Source: Oscillospiraceae bacterium (GTDB taxonomy: Bacteria; Bacillota; Clostridia; Oscillospirales; Oscillospiraceae). Taken from it: DNA of 64,000 nt. Shown in pieces: positions 25,776-34,218 of the stretch (the first letter of the stretch is position 1; each line of letters begins with the position of its first letter). A program made the position numbers and the translations under genes. The notes beneath the pieces were generated by a model. It saw nothing but the letters and a program-made list of their open reading frames with translations, did no database searches and was not told the origin of the DNA. The DNA lies in the NCBI GenBank assembly GCA_017419715.1, contig JAFOKO010000069.1:345-64344 (forward strand), read 5' to 3'.

Positions 25776-27608
25776 TCATTTTTGAAGCAAAGCGAGGGCG
25801 GACTGGCGGATATGTTCCGCGTCCAAGCCGGCGCGGTGCAGCAGCTCCGGGACGGTTCCATGTTGAATAAAGCCTACGCCGAGGTCTAATCCGCACTTTT
25901 TTACGCCCGATAGGGCAGGATCCGCGGCGATCTCATCGAAAATACCGCTGTGCGTGGGGCACTCCTCCGCCATAAGAAAGGCGCCGGTTTTCCGTGCAGA
26001 GCTTTTGCATAGCGCTGAAATGGGCCGAATCGTGTTCAGCTTTACGACCTCGGCTTCTATGCCATCGGCGGCAAGGAGATCTGCCGCGTCCAGGACGGGA
26101 TTGATCATCGTGCCGTAGGCGCAGAGGGTGATGTCTCTTCCCTGCCGCAGGATCGGTTCCGTGCATTGCTCCGTATAGCGTCCATCCCCGCCGCGGGGAT
26201 AGCGGATCGCAACCGGTCCTTCCAGTTCCAACACAGCAGTCTTCAGCATAGATACCAGCTCCGCCTGGTTGGCGGGACAAAAGATCTTCATGCCCGGAAC
26301 TTGCCGCAGATAGCCCACATCGAAAACGCCGTGATGCGTCTCCCCGTCGGCGCCGACCAAGCCGGCCCGATCCACAGCAAACACCACATGGAGGTTCAGC
26401 AGGGCAACATCATGGATCATCATGTCAAAGGCCCGCTGCAGGAAGGTGGAATAGAGTGCGACCACAGGGATCATTCCCTGCTTTGCCAGGCCTGCCGCCA
26501 TTGCCACCGCGTGGCCCTCGGCGATTCCAACATCTCCAAAGCGCTCCGGGTACTTTGCAGCAAAGGGATCCAGTCCCGTACCGCTCTGCATAGCCGCTGT
26601 AATGGCACAAACCCGCGGATCCGCATCGGCCAGCGCGGTAAGCGCTTGCCCAAAGCTGTCGGAAAAGCAGGGCTTTTTGCCGGCAAGCGGCACGCCCGTT
26701 TTGGGGTCGAACGGACCAACGCCGTGGAAGCGATCCGGGTTCTTCTCTGCCGGGGCATAGCCGCGTCCCTTTTGTGTGATCACATGCAGGATCACCGGCT
26801 TTTTCAAGTCCCTTGCCTGCCGGAGCTGCCAGGTAAGCTTTTCCACATCGTGACCGTCCACAGGCCCAAAATACTCATAGCCCATGTCGTTGAACATGTT
26901 GGAGCTGATCAGGCGCTTTTTTAAGCCTTCCTTGACATGATGCACCCCATTGTAGAGCGCGCGGCCGAATTCGGTGTTTTTTGTGGCGGAACGCCAGGCT
27001 TTTTTGAGCTGATAATAGCTGGGCTTTTGACGGATATTTGACAGATGCTTTGCCATAGCGCCCACATTCGGCTTGATGGACATACCGTTGTCATTGAGGA
27101 TCACGATCAACGGTTCGCCGCTGGAACCGGCATCGTTCAATCCCTCGTAGGCCAGTCCGCCGGTCAAAGCGCCGTCCCCCATCAGGGCAATGACATTATA
27201 ATCGTCGCCCCGGAGGGTCCGCGCCCGGGCCATGCCCAGGGCAACAGAAACCGAATTGGAGGCATGCCCGGCAATAAAGGCGTCATGCTTGCTTTCGCTC
27301 GGTTTTGGGAAGCCTGCAAGACCATCCAGCTTTCGCAGTGTCGGAAAGCGCTCCGCCCGCCCGGTCAAGATCTTATGCACATAGGATTGATGTCCCACAT
27401 CAAAGACAAGGCGATCTTTGGAGGTATCAAACACGCGGTGGATCGCAACTGTAAGCTCTACCACGCCAAGGTTGGACGCCAAATGCCCGCCGGTCACAGA
27501 GACCTGCTCCACGAGGAAGCTTCGAATCTCATCACAGAATGCACGCAACTCCGTTTCATTCATGTCTCGAAGCGCTTCTGTGGATGGAATATGAATGAAG
27601 TCTGTCAT
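25776..27608 (-). CDS. dxs: 1-deoxy-D-xylulose-5-phosphate synthase.
   Basis: 610 aa. GGHLASNLGVVELT...DVGHQSY.HK...GDGALTGG.AYE.LN. Confidence 0.94.
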   Translation of the reverse strand: MTDFIHIPSTEALRDMNETELRAFCDEIRSFLVEQVSVTGGHLASNLGVVELTVAIHRVFDTSKDRLVFDVGHQSYVHKILTGRAERFPTLRKLDGLAGFPKPSESKHDAFIAGHASNSVSVALGMARARTLRGDDYNVIALMGDGALTGGLAYEGLNDAGSSGEPLIVILNDNGMSIKPNVGAMAKHLSNIRQKPSYYQLKKAWRSATKNTEFGRALYNGVHHVKEGLKKRLISSNMFNDMGYEYFGPVDGHDVEKLTWQLRQARDLKKPVILHVITQKGRGYAPAEKNPDRFHGVGPFDPKTGVPLAGKKPCFSDSFGQALTALADADPRVCAITAAMQSGTGLDPFAAKYPERFGDVGIAEGHAVAMAAGLAKQGMIPVVALYSTFLQRAFDMMIHDVALLNLHVVFAVDRAGLVGADGETHHGVFDVGYLRQVPGMKIFCPANQAELVSMLKTAVLELEGPVAIRYPRGGDGRYTEQCTEPILRQGRDITLCAYGTMINPVLDAADLLAADGIEAEVVKLNTIRPISALCKSSARKTGAFLMAEECPTHSGIFDEIAADPALSGVKKCGLDLGVGFIQHGTVPELLHRAGLDAEHIRQSALALLQK

Positions 27609-28225
27609 TTCTGTATTTTTTTCTTTCTTAAAAACAGATGCTTAAAACGCCAAATCAGTTTTGCAGCGCAATGTACAATGCTTGTGGAATAATCCAGGGC
27701 AATTTGCTTGCAGAAAGCCTTTCCCAGGATCGTCAAAGCAGCAACCAATGCGGAAAGCAGCAGCTGAATCACCTGCTGAGGCAGACTCTGCGTACTCTTG
27801 TAGGCCTCCAGGGCAACCACGGCGGCAGCCGTGCCGGAGATGATCCCGCAAATATCCCCTACCACATCGTTGCAAACGGAAGATACCTTTCCCGCATTTC
27901 GAAGCAGCCAGATCCCCTCCGCACCGCCGGGAACCTTCCTGGCGGCCATGGAGTGGAAGGGCTTTTCTTCGGCAGCGGTGACTGCCACGCCCAGCATATC
28001 AAAAAAGATGCCGATCACAATAATGGAAAGCAGGATGAAAAACGCGCCAAGCAGAGATGCCGCGTTCAGTAGTTCCTGAGAAAAGAAGGAAAAAGCGGCG
28101 GAGATCAGCAATGCCATCAGGAAAATGGAAATGAGCCAATGCAATTGGGAAGCGGTCTTCCCGCCGTTTCGCGTTTTTCGGTGTTTTGGGTCTGGTTTAT
28201 CGGATGGATCGTGTTTTGATTTCAA
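27605..28225 (-). CDS. oapA: Small 4-TM membrane protein, candidate OLE-associated protein A (OapA).
   Basis: 206 aa. TTG start with a GAGGAAG RBS. Basic N-terminus, four hydrophobic segments, and a D-x-x-x-D pair (CNDVVGDICGIISG). It lies 33 nt downstream of the OLE candidate and overlaps the dxs start by 4 nt. This is the position reported for oapA in OLE-containing Firmicutes. Confidence 0.6.
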   Translation of the reverse strand: MKSKHDPSDKPDPKHRKTRNGGKTASQLHWLISIFLMALLISAAFSFFSQELLNAASLLGAFFILLSIIVIGIFFDMLGVAVTAAEEKPFHSMAARKVPGGAEGIWLLRNAGKVSSVCNDVVGDICGIISGTAAAVVALEAYKSTQSLPQQVIQLLLSALVAALTILGKAFCKQIALDYSTSIVHCAAKLIWRFKHLFLRKKKIQK

Positions 28226-28258
28226 GGGTTTTCTTCCTCTGTCAAATCTTGTTGAAAT

Positions 28259-28862
28259 GGTGGTAATACTTGAAGTAAATCTTGCGGCTTAGGTCGGGTT
28301 GGTTTTCCCCGCAGACAACCCGTCGTCGCCGAACGGGCAGTTCCCTTTTCATGCCTGTGTCGCGTCGTTGCCAGTACGCAATACCCGATTGCCACTGAGT
28401 CCGCACTGTAATCCTTCAAATATCCAATAAATGACTGCCTAGGTGTTTTCCACCCCGGACGCCGTCGATTCTTAGCCTCTTTTGCAGATACGGTTTCCAG
28501 AGAATATCGTCTTTGCCTGTGGCCACAGGTAAGTGCGCGTAACTCCTCTTTCCCCATCGTATCCACGCAAGGCAGGCTACACTGCACACAGCACGCTAAC
28601 CGCACCGCAATGCAGGTTCATCTCCTGTCCCGTACGCCGTCCTTGTCCACTGGATTGTGCGGCGGCCGCACGAAAACAGGTCTCCACGGTAACCGGGTCG
28701 TAACCCCCATGCCATTGAAGGCCGCCCGGAAACCTTAACCCCCAGCACCCACCCGAATCTGGGCGAAACAAGCAAGCACCAGGGACTTCATCGATATGCC
28801 CTTCAAAGGATTTTTAGGCCCTTCCTGGTAATCGTCGGTCCCGACTAGGATACAGCACCACC
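28259..28862 (-). ncRNA. ole: OLE (ornate, large, extremophilic) RNA candidate, ~604 nt.
   Basis: The 728-nt gap between the ispA stop and the oapA start holds only short, implausible ORFs. A dedicated promoter ends 6 nt upstream. The 5' GGUGGU (28862...) can pair with the 3' ACCACC (...28259) as a closing helix. There are many internal hairpins, for example CCUGUGGCCACAGG and GUGCGGC/GCCGCAC. Gene order xseA-xseB-ispA-[RNA]-oapA-dxs-tlyA-nadK-argR-recN matches the published OLE context. No covariance-model search was possible. Confidence 0.7.
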
Positions 28863-28868
28863 ACTTGT

Positions 28869-28897
28869 ATTGTAACATATTTCTTATAAATATACAA
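28869..28897 (-). promoter_or_regulatory. Sigma-A-type promoter directly upstream of the OLE RNA candidate.
   Basis: Minus strand: TTGTAT (28892-28897), 17-nt AT-rich spacer, TACAAT (28869-28874), then ACAAGT followed by GGTGGTG. Confidence 0.55.
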
Positions 28898-28953
28898 GAG
28901 CTATCATATACAGAATACTTTGAATTCGTAGATTTTCTACTTTTTGCACAAAT

Positions 28954-29832
28954 TTAGTGATCTCTATTTGCCAAATATTCAGCAGTTTCCCTTAAGGTCG
29001 TGGTATTCTCAAAGTCTTCCAGCGCTAAGCATGCCAATTCTGTCTGTGTTTCAATCAGTTTTTGGCAGCTTTCCAGCCCATAGAGCCGGACGAATGTGTT
29101 CTTTTGCGCATCGACCCCAACTGCTTTTCCAAGTTTTTCCGCATAGCCGATCACATCGAGCACATCGTCCCGAATCTGGAAGGCCAGGCCCACGCGGTCG
29201 GCATAACAACGGGCGGAAGTGCGCTGCGCGGAGCTTCCCCCGCCGCAGACGACCCCCATTTCGCAGGCTGCCCGGATCAGTGCTCCAGTCTTCCTGTGCT
29301 GAATATCCAAAACCTCCCGTTCGGTCAATTCCCGTTCTTCGGATTGAATATCTAAAACCTGTCCGCCCACCATGCCCCAGGGGCCGGCGTTCTTAGCCAG
29401 AATGCGCACGCAGGCCGCGATTCGCTCCGCCGGAAGCGGAGCGCTTGCCAGAACCGCAAAGGCATCCGTCAACAAGCCGTCACCCGCCAGAATCGCCATG
29501 GCATCCCCATAGACCTTGTGGTTGGTCAAGCGGCCCCGGCGGTAATCGTCGTTGTCCATAGCGGGCAGGTCGTCGTGGATCAGACTGTAAGTGTGAACCA
29601 GTTCAATTGCAAGGGCTGCCGGATCGGCGTCCTCCGGTCTTCCGCCGCAGGCCGCGCAGAACTGATAGACCAGAAAGGGACGCAGCCGCTTGCCGCCGGC
29701 CAGCAGGCTGTAATCCATCGCCTCGAACAGTTTCTCCTGGGGCTCGCCGTGTGCGGCATAGTGTCCGGCGAGCAGGGCTTCAAATCGGGCGTTGGATCCC
29801 GCCCAAATCTCAGTTAGCTTCTTCATTGGCAA
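28954..29832 (-). CDS. ispA: (E)-farnesyl/geranylgeranyl diphosphate synthase (polyprenyl synthetase family).
   Basis: 292 aa. First DDxxD region: LIHDDLPAMDNDDYRRG. Second: FQIRDDVLD. Confidence 0.9.
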   Translation of the reverse strand: MPMKKLTEIWAGSNARFEALLAGHYAAHGEPQEKLFEAMDYSLLAGGKRLRPFLVYQFCAACGGRPEDADPAALAIELVHTYSLIHDDLPAMDNDDYRRGRLTNHKVYGDAMAILAGDGLLTDAFAVLASAPLPAERIAACVRILAKNAGPWGMVGGQVLDIQSEERELTEREVLDIQHRKTGALIRAACEMGVVCGGGSSAQRTSARCYADRVGLAFQIRDDVLDVIGYAEKLGKAVGVDAQKNTFVRLYGLESCQKLIETQTELACLALEDFENTTTLRETAEYLANRDH

Positions 29833-30052
29833 ACGGCACCTCCTGTATGCTCCCGTCGGAGCCCTTGGTCAACTTGACGATCTCGAGCTCCGCCTCGTCC
29901 AAGAGCTTGCCACAGCTTCCAGCCAGGGCAGTCCCCTCCTGAAAGAGCTTCATTGCCTCCTCCAACGGTACTGCACCGTCCTCCAGGCGGCGGACGATCT
30001 CCTCCAGCCGGGTCATATTGGCTTCAAAGCTTTTGGATCTGGGTTTTGGCAT
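29810..30052 (-). CDS. xseB: Exodeoxyribonuclease VII small subunit.
   Basis: Start chosen at MPKPRSKSFEANMTRLEEIVRRLEDGAVPLEEAMKLFQEG (ATG 30050-30052). The ORF-track start at 30136 lies inside xseA. Confidence 0.85.
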   Translation of the reverse strand: MPKPRSKSFEANMTRLEEIVRRLEDGAVPLEEAMKLFQEGTALAGSCGKLLDEAELEIVKLTKGSDGSIQEVPFANEEAN

Positions 30053-31250
30053 AGTTTTCTCCTTCCACCGTTGCGCGGATCGTTCCGTCGGAAAATGATA
30101 TGCGCAAACAGTTTGCACGCACAGCGTCATTGACACCGGTGACCAGCTTCCCGCTCTCGTCCGAAACCGTGGCGTAACCGCGCATCAGAACCTTGAGCGG
30201 GCTCATGGCGTCCAGGGACGCGGCCAACCTGGTCAAATTGTTTCTTTGACCGTGTATCAGATCATTTTGAGCGTTGAGAAGTAGGTTGATCGTATAATCC
30301 AAGTTCTGTCTCCGTTCCCGGATCAAGCTCTGGGGGTCCCGCAGGGCCGGGCAGGCGCACAGGGCGTCCAGACGGCTCCGGGCAAGCTGGGCCTGCCGCT
30401 TGAGAGCGGCGGCCATCTCCTTTTGCAGGGCCTCCAAATGCCCGCGCAGCTCCGTCTGATCCGGTACCGCAAGCTCCGCCGCGTTGGATGGGGTTGCAGC
30501 GCGAAGATCCGCCACATAATCGGAGATCGTCACATCGGGCTCATGGCCCACGGCGGAGATCACAGGGATCTCGGACGCATAGATGGCGCGAGCCACAGGC
30601 TCCTCATTGAAGGCCCACAGATCCTCCACGGAGCCGCCGCCCCGTCCGACGATCAGAAGGTCGCAAAGCGCTTCCCGGTTGGCATATTCGATGGCGCGGG
30701 CAATCTCCCCCGCCGCCGTCTCCCCCTGGACCCGAACGGGCAGCAGGATCACCTTGGAGAGCGGATAGCGCTTGCCGAGAATGCGGAGCATATCGTGCAC
30801 GGCAGCCCCTGCAGGGGATGTCACCACGCCGATTCGATGGGGATAGTCCGGCAGTGCTTTTTTGTGGGCTTGATCGAACAGCCCCTCTTCCAGCAGGCGC
30901 TGCTTGAGCTGGTCGAAGGCCATCTGCAGATCCCCTGCTCCATCCGGGATCAGCCGGGAGCAGTAGAGCTGATAGGCCCCATCCCGCGGGAAGACCGAAA
31001 CCTTGCCGACCGCCAGAATCGACATGCCGTTCTGGGGCTTGAAGCGCAGGGAAAAGGCGTTGCCCTTAAACATAACACAGCGAAGCTGGCCCTCCGCGTC
31101 CTTAAGGGAAAAATAGTGATGGCCGGACGGATAGAACTTGTAATTGCTGATTTCGCCCCGGACACAGACATTCTGCAAGGCAGGCACATTGTCAAACGCC
31201 GCTTTGATCAGATTGTTCAGTTGTGTAACACTAAATATTTGTTGATCCAT
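30024..31250 (-). CDS. xseA: Exodeoxyribonuclease VII large subunit.
   Basis: 408 aa. FSVTQLNNLIK...V.GEISN......SGH.YFSLKD, followed by VVTSPAGAAVHD...RGGGS.EDLW.FN. Confidence 0.92.
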   Translation of the reverse strand: MDQQIFSVTQLNNLIKAAFDNVPALQNVCVRGEISNYKFYPSGHHYFSLKDAEGQLRCVMFKGNAFSLRFKPQNGMSILAVGKVSVFPRDGAYQLYCSRLIPDGAGDLQMAFDQLKQRLLEEGLFDQAHKKALPDYPHRIGVVTSPAGAAVHDMLRILGKRYPLSKVILLPVRVQGETAAGEIARAIEYANREALCDLLIVGRGGGSVEDLWAFNEEPVARAIYASEIPVISAVGHEPDVTISDYVADLRAATPSNAAELAVPDQTELRGHLEALQKEMAAALKRQAQLARSRLDALCACPALRDPQSLIRERRQNLDYTINLLLNAQNDLIHGQRNNLTRLAASLDAMSPLKVLMRGYATVSDESGKLVTGVNDAVRANCLRISFSDGTIRATVEGENYAKTQIQKL

Positions 31251-31252
31251 AC

Positions 31253-32218
31253 TTATGATTTCACATTCTGCTTGAGCCAGGCCAGGATGGCAATGCCCAT
31301 GGCATTGTCCGTAGAATACCGGGGCGCTCCGAAAATGGCTTCCGGGAGCATGCGGCGGAGCAAAGAATTGGAAGCCACGCCGCCGGAAAAGAGGATCGGA
31401 AGCTCCCGATCCTTCCGGGCGTTTTTCGTTGCCTTCTTTACGGCTTCCGCCACGGAGCGGAGGGCAAAATACGCTGTCTCGCCTTCAGAGGCCCCCCTTT
31501 CCCGGTAGGCGCGGACTTGATTCTCCACGCCGGAGAGAGAGAACTCGCAGGCGTTGACCTTGACGCGGAACCATTCTTGGCTTCGGGCGCAGGAGGATAC
31601 AGATTCTTCGCTTCGCTCAGAATGACAGCATTGGGAAGCAGCGGCATCCAAGGCCTTCCCGGCCGGGAAATCCAGCCCGAGCAGTTGCCCTGTGCGGTCG
31701 ATGAGCTGGCCTGCTGAAATATCTGTCGTGCCGCCGATCTTCTCACAGTCGATCTGCCCGTCCGCCGTTGTGCGAACATGCAGCAGCTCCGTGGTGCCCC
31801 CGGAAAGATGCCAGGCAAGGAATTCCGAGCCAAGCAGCTCCAGCTTTCCCGCCGACCAAAGAACAGCGGCGATATGCCCCTGCTGATGGGAAAACTCATA
31901 CAACGGAACATGCAGGGCGGAGGCCAGCACGCTTGCCTGGGATGCGCCCGCCAAAAAGCAGGGCATATAAGAACCCTCCACAGCCCTGGGCCGTGTGCTA
32001 ACGCCGACGGCAGATATTTTTGAGGTTTCCACACGCACAAAGAGCCTGTCGGATAACTCCGGCAGGCGCTTGATGTGTGCGAACAGCGCATCCGATTGAC
32101 GGAGGCCCAATTCTCCGGCTTTCACCGGCAACAGTTGAGAGACATTGTCTCCCACTGTACCGTCGAAGGCCGCCACAGATGTGGTATAGTTGCTGGTGTC
32201 AAAGCCCAGGCAGATCAT
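31253..32218 (-). CDS. TsaD/Kae1 (peptidase M22, ASKHA-fold) family protein carrying an in-frame repeat-derived insertion.
   Basis: 321 aa. ICLGFDTSNYTTSVA...SHQQGHIAA...LSGGTTELL...FSGGVASNSLLR. Residues ~AASQCCHSERSEESVSS are encoded by the ~50-nt repeat module also found at 6516-6563. Confidence 0.7.
   Translation of the reverse strand: MICLGFDTSNYTTSVAAFDGTVGDNVSQLLPVKAGELGLRQSDALFAHIKRLPELSDRLFVRVETSKISAVGVSTRPRAVEGSYMPCFLAGASQASVLASALHVPLYEFSHQQGHIAAVLWSAGKLELLGSEFLAWHLSGGTTELLHVRTTADGQIDCEKIGGTTDISAGQLIDRTGQLLGLDFPAGKALDAAASQCCHSERSEESVSSCARSQEWFRVKVNACEFSLSGVENQVRAYRERGASEGETAYFALRSVAEAVKKATKNARKDRELPILFSGGVASNSLLRRMLPEAIFGAPRYSTDNAMGIAILAWLKQNVKS
31592..31641 (-). repeat. ~50-nt copy of the GTCATTCTGAGCGAAGCGAAGAATC-type repeat module, embedded in frame in a CDS.
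   Basis: Minus strand: CTGCTTCCCAATGCTGTCATTCTGAGCGAAGCGAAGAATCTGTATCCTCC. Plus strand at 6516-6563: CTGCTTCCCCGCCTGTCATTCTGAGCAAAGCGAAGAATCCGTACCTCC. Aligned by eye, there are a few substitutions and one small indel. Confidence 0.8.
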
Positions 32219-32667
32219 GCCTTGTTCCCCCGCTCGCGGGAAAAGGCCCCCAGCACGCCATTGACGAAGGCTACCGTCTCCGGTTCCTCGTATTTTTGCA
32301 CAAGCTTGACCGCTTCGTTAATGGCCACATTGATGGGCACATCTTCCACATAGAGGGCCTCATACATTGCAAGCTCCATGCAGGCCCGGGCCAGCCGGGA
32401 GATTCGGCTCACATTCCAGCCGATGGAATGCTTGGCGAGATAGCCTTCCAGCTCTTCCCGGTGCTCGCAAACGCCAAGCACAACGGATGAGATATAAGCG
32501 CGCTGCTTTTGCTTGGGTGCCTCGGCATATACCTCATTTTCCTCGGAGAGCAGGCTGTAGTAGGTCTCGTCAAAGCGGGCCGCGATCACCGTCCTGGGAT
32601 CCTCCTCGGTGCACTGCACCGCGTAGATGAGATGGACAGCAATTTCCCGGGCATCTGATCTTGTCAT
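32215..32667 (-). CDS. nusB: Transcription antitermination factor NusB.
   Basis: Start chosen at MTRSDAREIAVHLIY (ATG 32665-32667). ATG 32685 is an alternative. The ORF-track start at 32835 overlaps asp23 and encodes nonsense. Confidence 0.85.
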   Translation of the reverse strand: MTRSDAREIAVHLIYAVQCTEEDPRTVIAARFDETYYSLLSEENEVYAEAPKQKQRAYISSVVLGVCEHREELEGYLAKHSIGWNVSRISRLARACMELAMYEALYVEDVPINVAINEAVKLVQKYEEPETVAFVNGVLGAFSRERGNKA

Positions 32668-32681
32668 GTATTGTGTTCCGC

Positions 32682-33014
32682 TCATTCCTGCTTGCCCATA
32701 GAAATGCCGGTGACATTGACATCCACACGGCTGACCGTAAGGCCGGTCATAGACTCGATGGCATTGGCCACGGCGTTCTGCACATTCTTGGCGATTTCCA
32801 TCACGGGGTGGCCGTAGATCACAACCAGGCCGCACTCCACCACAACAGAGTCCTCACCCAGCAGGACATGGATCCCCTTGCGGTCGCTACGGGAGCTTAC
32901 GACGCCCTCTACATCCTTGACGGCGGCGGCAGCTACCGTTAGCAGCACATCTTCGTTGATATTGACCGTGCCATTTTCCAGTTCTTTTGTCATGTAATCC
33001 TTGTTCTCAGACAT
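32682..33014 (-). CDS. Asp23/Gls24 family envelope stress protein.
   Basis: 110 aa. GTVNINEDVLLTVAAAAVKDVEGV...VVIYGHPVMEIAKNVQNAVANAIESMTGL.V..V.V.V.GI. Confidence 0.85.
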   Translation of the reverse strand: MSENKDYMTKELENGTVNINEDVLLTVAAAAVKDVEGVVSSRSDRKGIHVLLGEDSVVVECGLVVIYGHPVMEIAKNVQNAVANAIESMTGLTVSRVDVNVTGISMGKQE

Positions 33015-33055
33015 TTTGCTTTCCTCCTTCTGTGATTGCAGCGAGAGTTTTTATC

Positions 33056-33083
33056 ATTGTATCACAAATTGAGAAAAATACAA
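33056..33083 (-). promoter_or_regulatory. Sigma-A-type promoter with extended -10 upstream of asp23-nusB.
   Basis: Minus strand: TTGTAT, 16 nt ending in TGa, TACAAT. It is ~40 nt upstream of the GAAGGAGG RBS and ATG of the Asp23 gene. Confidence 0.5.
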
Positions 33084-33093
33084 CCGGTTTTTT

Positions 33094-33666
33094 CTAATTT
33101 ACTTCAATTATTCTGATTTGTGACAGCTCGTAATCCGTTTGCGCAAGGATCACATCGGTCAACACCGCAACATCGGTTTCGGACAGTCCCTGTGCGGACA
33201 CCGCCAGGTCGATCCCCTCGTCTGTCATATAGGCCACACAGTCGGCGTAGCCCTTTGAAATGATCAGACTTTCGATCGACGCCTCAGAGAGGGCCATGCG
33301 AACGATCCCTTCCAATTGCAAGGTGCTAGCGCTTACATCCTCGTTCTCACCGGCATAGGAGATCGTCTCCTGCAGCAGATGAACCGCGCTGTCCCGGCTT
33401 TCCTGTCGGCTCAGGCGCATTTTCGCAAATACCTGTTCTGCAGTCATATTGTCGTTCCTTGCGTCCTCCACAGCAGCTTCGGCTGCCGGGTCCTCCGCCG
33501 AGGCAATAACCAGGGTCGCATCGTCCAGGATCTTCTCCGCATCCAGAGTAGAAACCAGATCCACCGCGCTTCGTTCTTCGTAGCGCCAGTTGAGATAGAT
33601 GCCCCCACAGACAAAGGCCAAGATCGCGGCCACCATGGCATTTCGTTTCCAGGATTTCATGTTCAT
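33094..33666 (-). CDS. spoIIIAH: Stage III sporulation protein AH.
   Basis: 190 aa. It has an N-terminal TM anchor, is the last gene of an eight-gene spoIIIA-ordered cluster, and has a C-terminal YscJ/FliF-like region. Confidence 0.75.
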   Translation of the reverse strand: MNMKSWKRNAMVAAILAFVCGGIYLNWRYEERSAVDLVSTLDAEKILDDATLVIASAEDPAAEAAVEDARNDNMTAEQVFAKMRLSRQESRDSAVHLLQETISYAGENEDVSASTLQLEGIVRMALSEASIESLIISKGYADCVAYMTDEGIDLAVSAQGLSETDVAVLTDVILAQTDYELSQIRIIEVN

Positions 33667-33672
33667 TCCCCT

Positions 33673-34218
33673 TTACTTCATTTTCACGACGGTGATTTGA
33701 TCGGCCCCCAGGCCCAGCAGCGCCGCCACTGCAGCGGAGAGCTGATAGCGGACGCTTGGGTCCGCGCCGCCCTCGGCTACGATCAGCGCGCCTTGAAAGA
33801 CCGGATAGGCCGTGCTCACAACGGCTGGTTCATCGTATGCGCTTCCGCGCCCAAACATGACGGTTCGTTCCTCCGACGACTGGCTTTCCCTTTCCCCCTC
33901 CCGGCTGGTGGAAACAGAGCGATCGGTCTGATACTGGGAAGATGGCCCTGTTTTCAGGGTCAGCATCACCTTTACCCGGCCCGCGCCGTCCACCTGGCTT
34001 AACAGTGCAGCCAACTGCTGCTCCATTTTTGCGCAATAGTCCTCGTCCTCCCGGGTGTTTTCCGTTGCTGCAGGCTCCGGCATTTTTGGTTCTGCCGTCT
34101 CTTTTCTTCCGCTGGGCCAGAGCACAAGAAAAACCCCCAGCAGCAGGATCAGCGCCGGGTATTTATAGCGCTCCAGCCAAGCAGGCAGCTTCCCCAGCAG
34201 CTCTTTGCTGATTTTCAT
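33673..34218 (-). CDS. spoIIIAG: Stage III sporulation protein AG.
   Basis: Start chosen at MKISKELLGKLPAWLERYKYPALILLLGV (ATG 34216-34218), with a 4-nt overlap on the spoIIIAF stop. The C-terminus reads VFQGALIVAEGGADPSVRYQLSAAVAALLGLGADQITVVKM. Confidence 0.8.
   Translation of the reverse strand: MKISKELLGKLPAWLERYKYPALILLLGVFLVLWPSGRKETAEPKMPEPAATENTREDEDYCAKMEQQLAALLSQVDGAGRVKVMLTLKTGPSSQYQTDRSVSTSREGERESQSSEERTVMFGRGSAYDEPAVVSTAYPVFQGALIVAEGGADPSVRYQLSAAVAALLGLGADQITVVKMK

Noticed and set aside
24922-25896. N-terminally extended track ORFs: tlyA 324 aa, spoIIIAG 247 aa (33673-34416), spoIIIAF 509 aa (34215-35744), spoIIIAE 503 aa (34688-36199), nusB 206 aa (32215-32835), xseB 108 aa (29810-30136), and the hypothetical at 45952-46932.
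   Set aside because: The extensions run into the upstream gene in another frame and encode R/P/G-rich nonsense. Internal starts give family-typical N-termini, RBSs and 1-4-nt gene junctions. Trimmed coordinates are reported instead.
28222-28771. Minus-strand ORFs of 127 aa (28222-28605) and 64 aa (28577-28771) in the ispA-dxs gap.
   Set aside because: They are Cys/Arg/Pro-rich with no RBS and no TM or domain features, and they lie inside the region better explained as the OLE RNA candidate.
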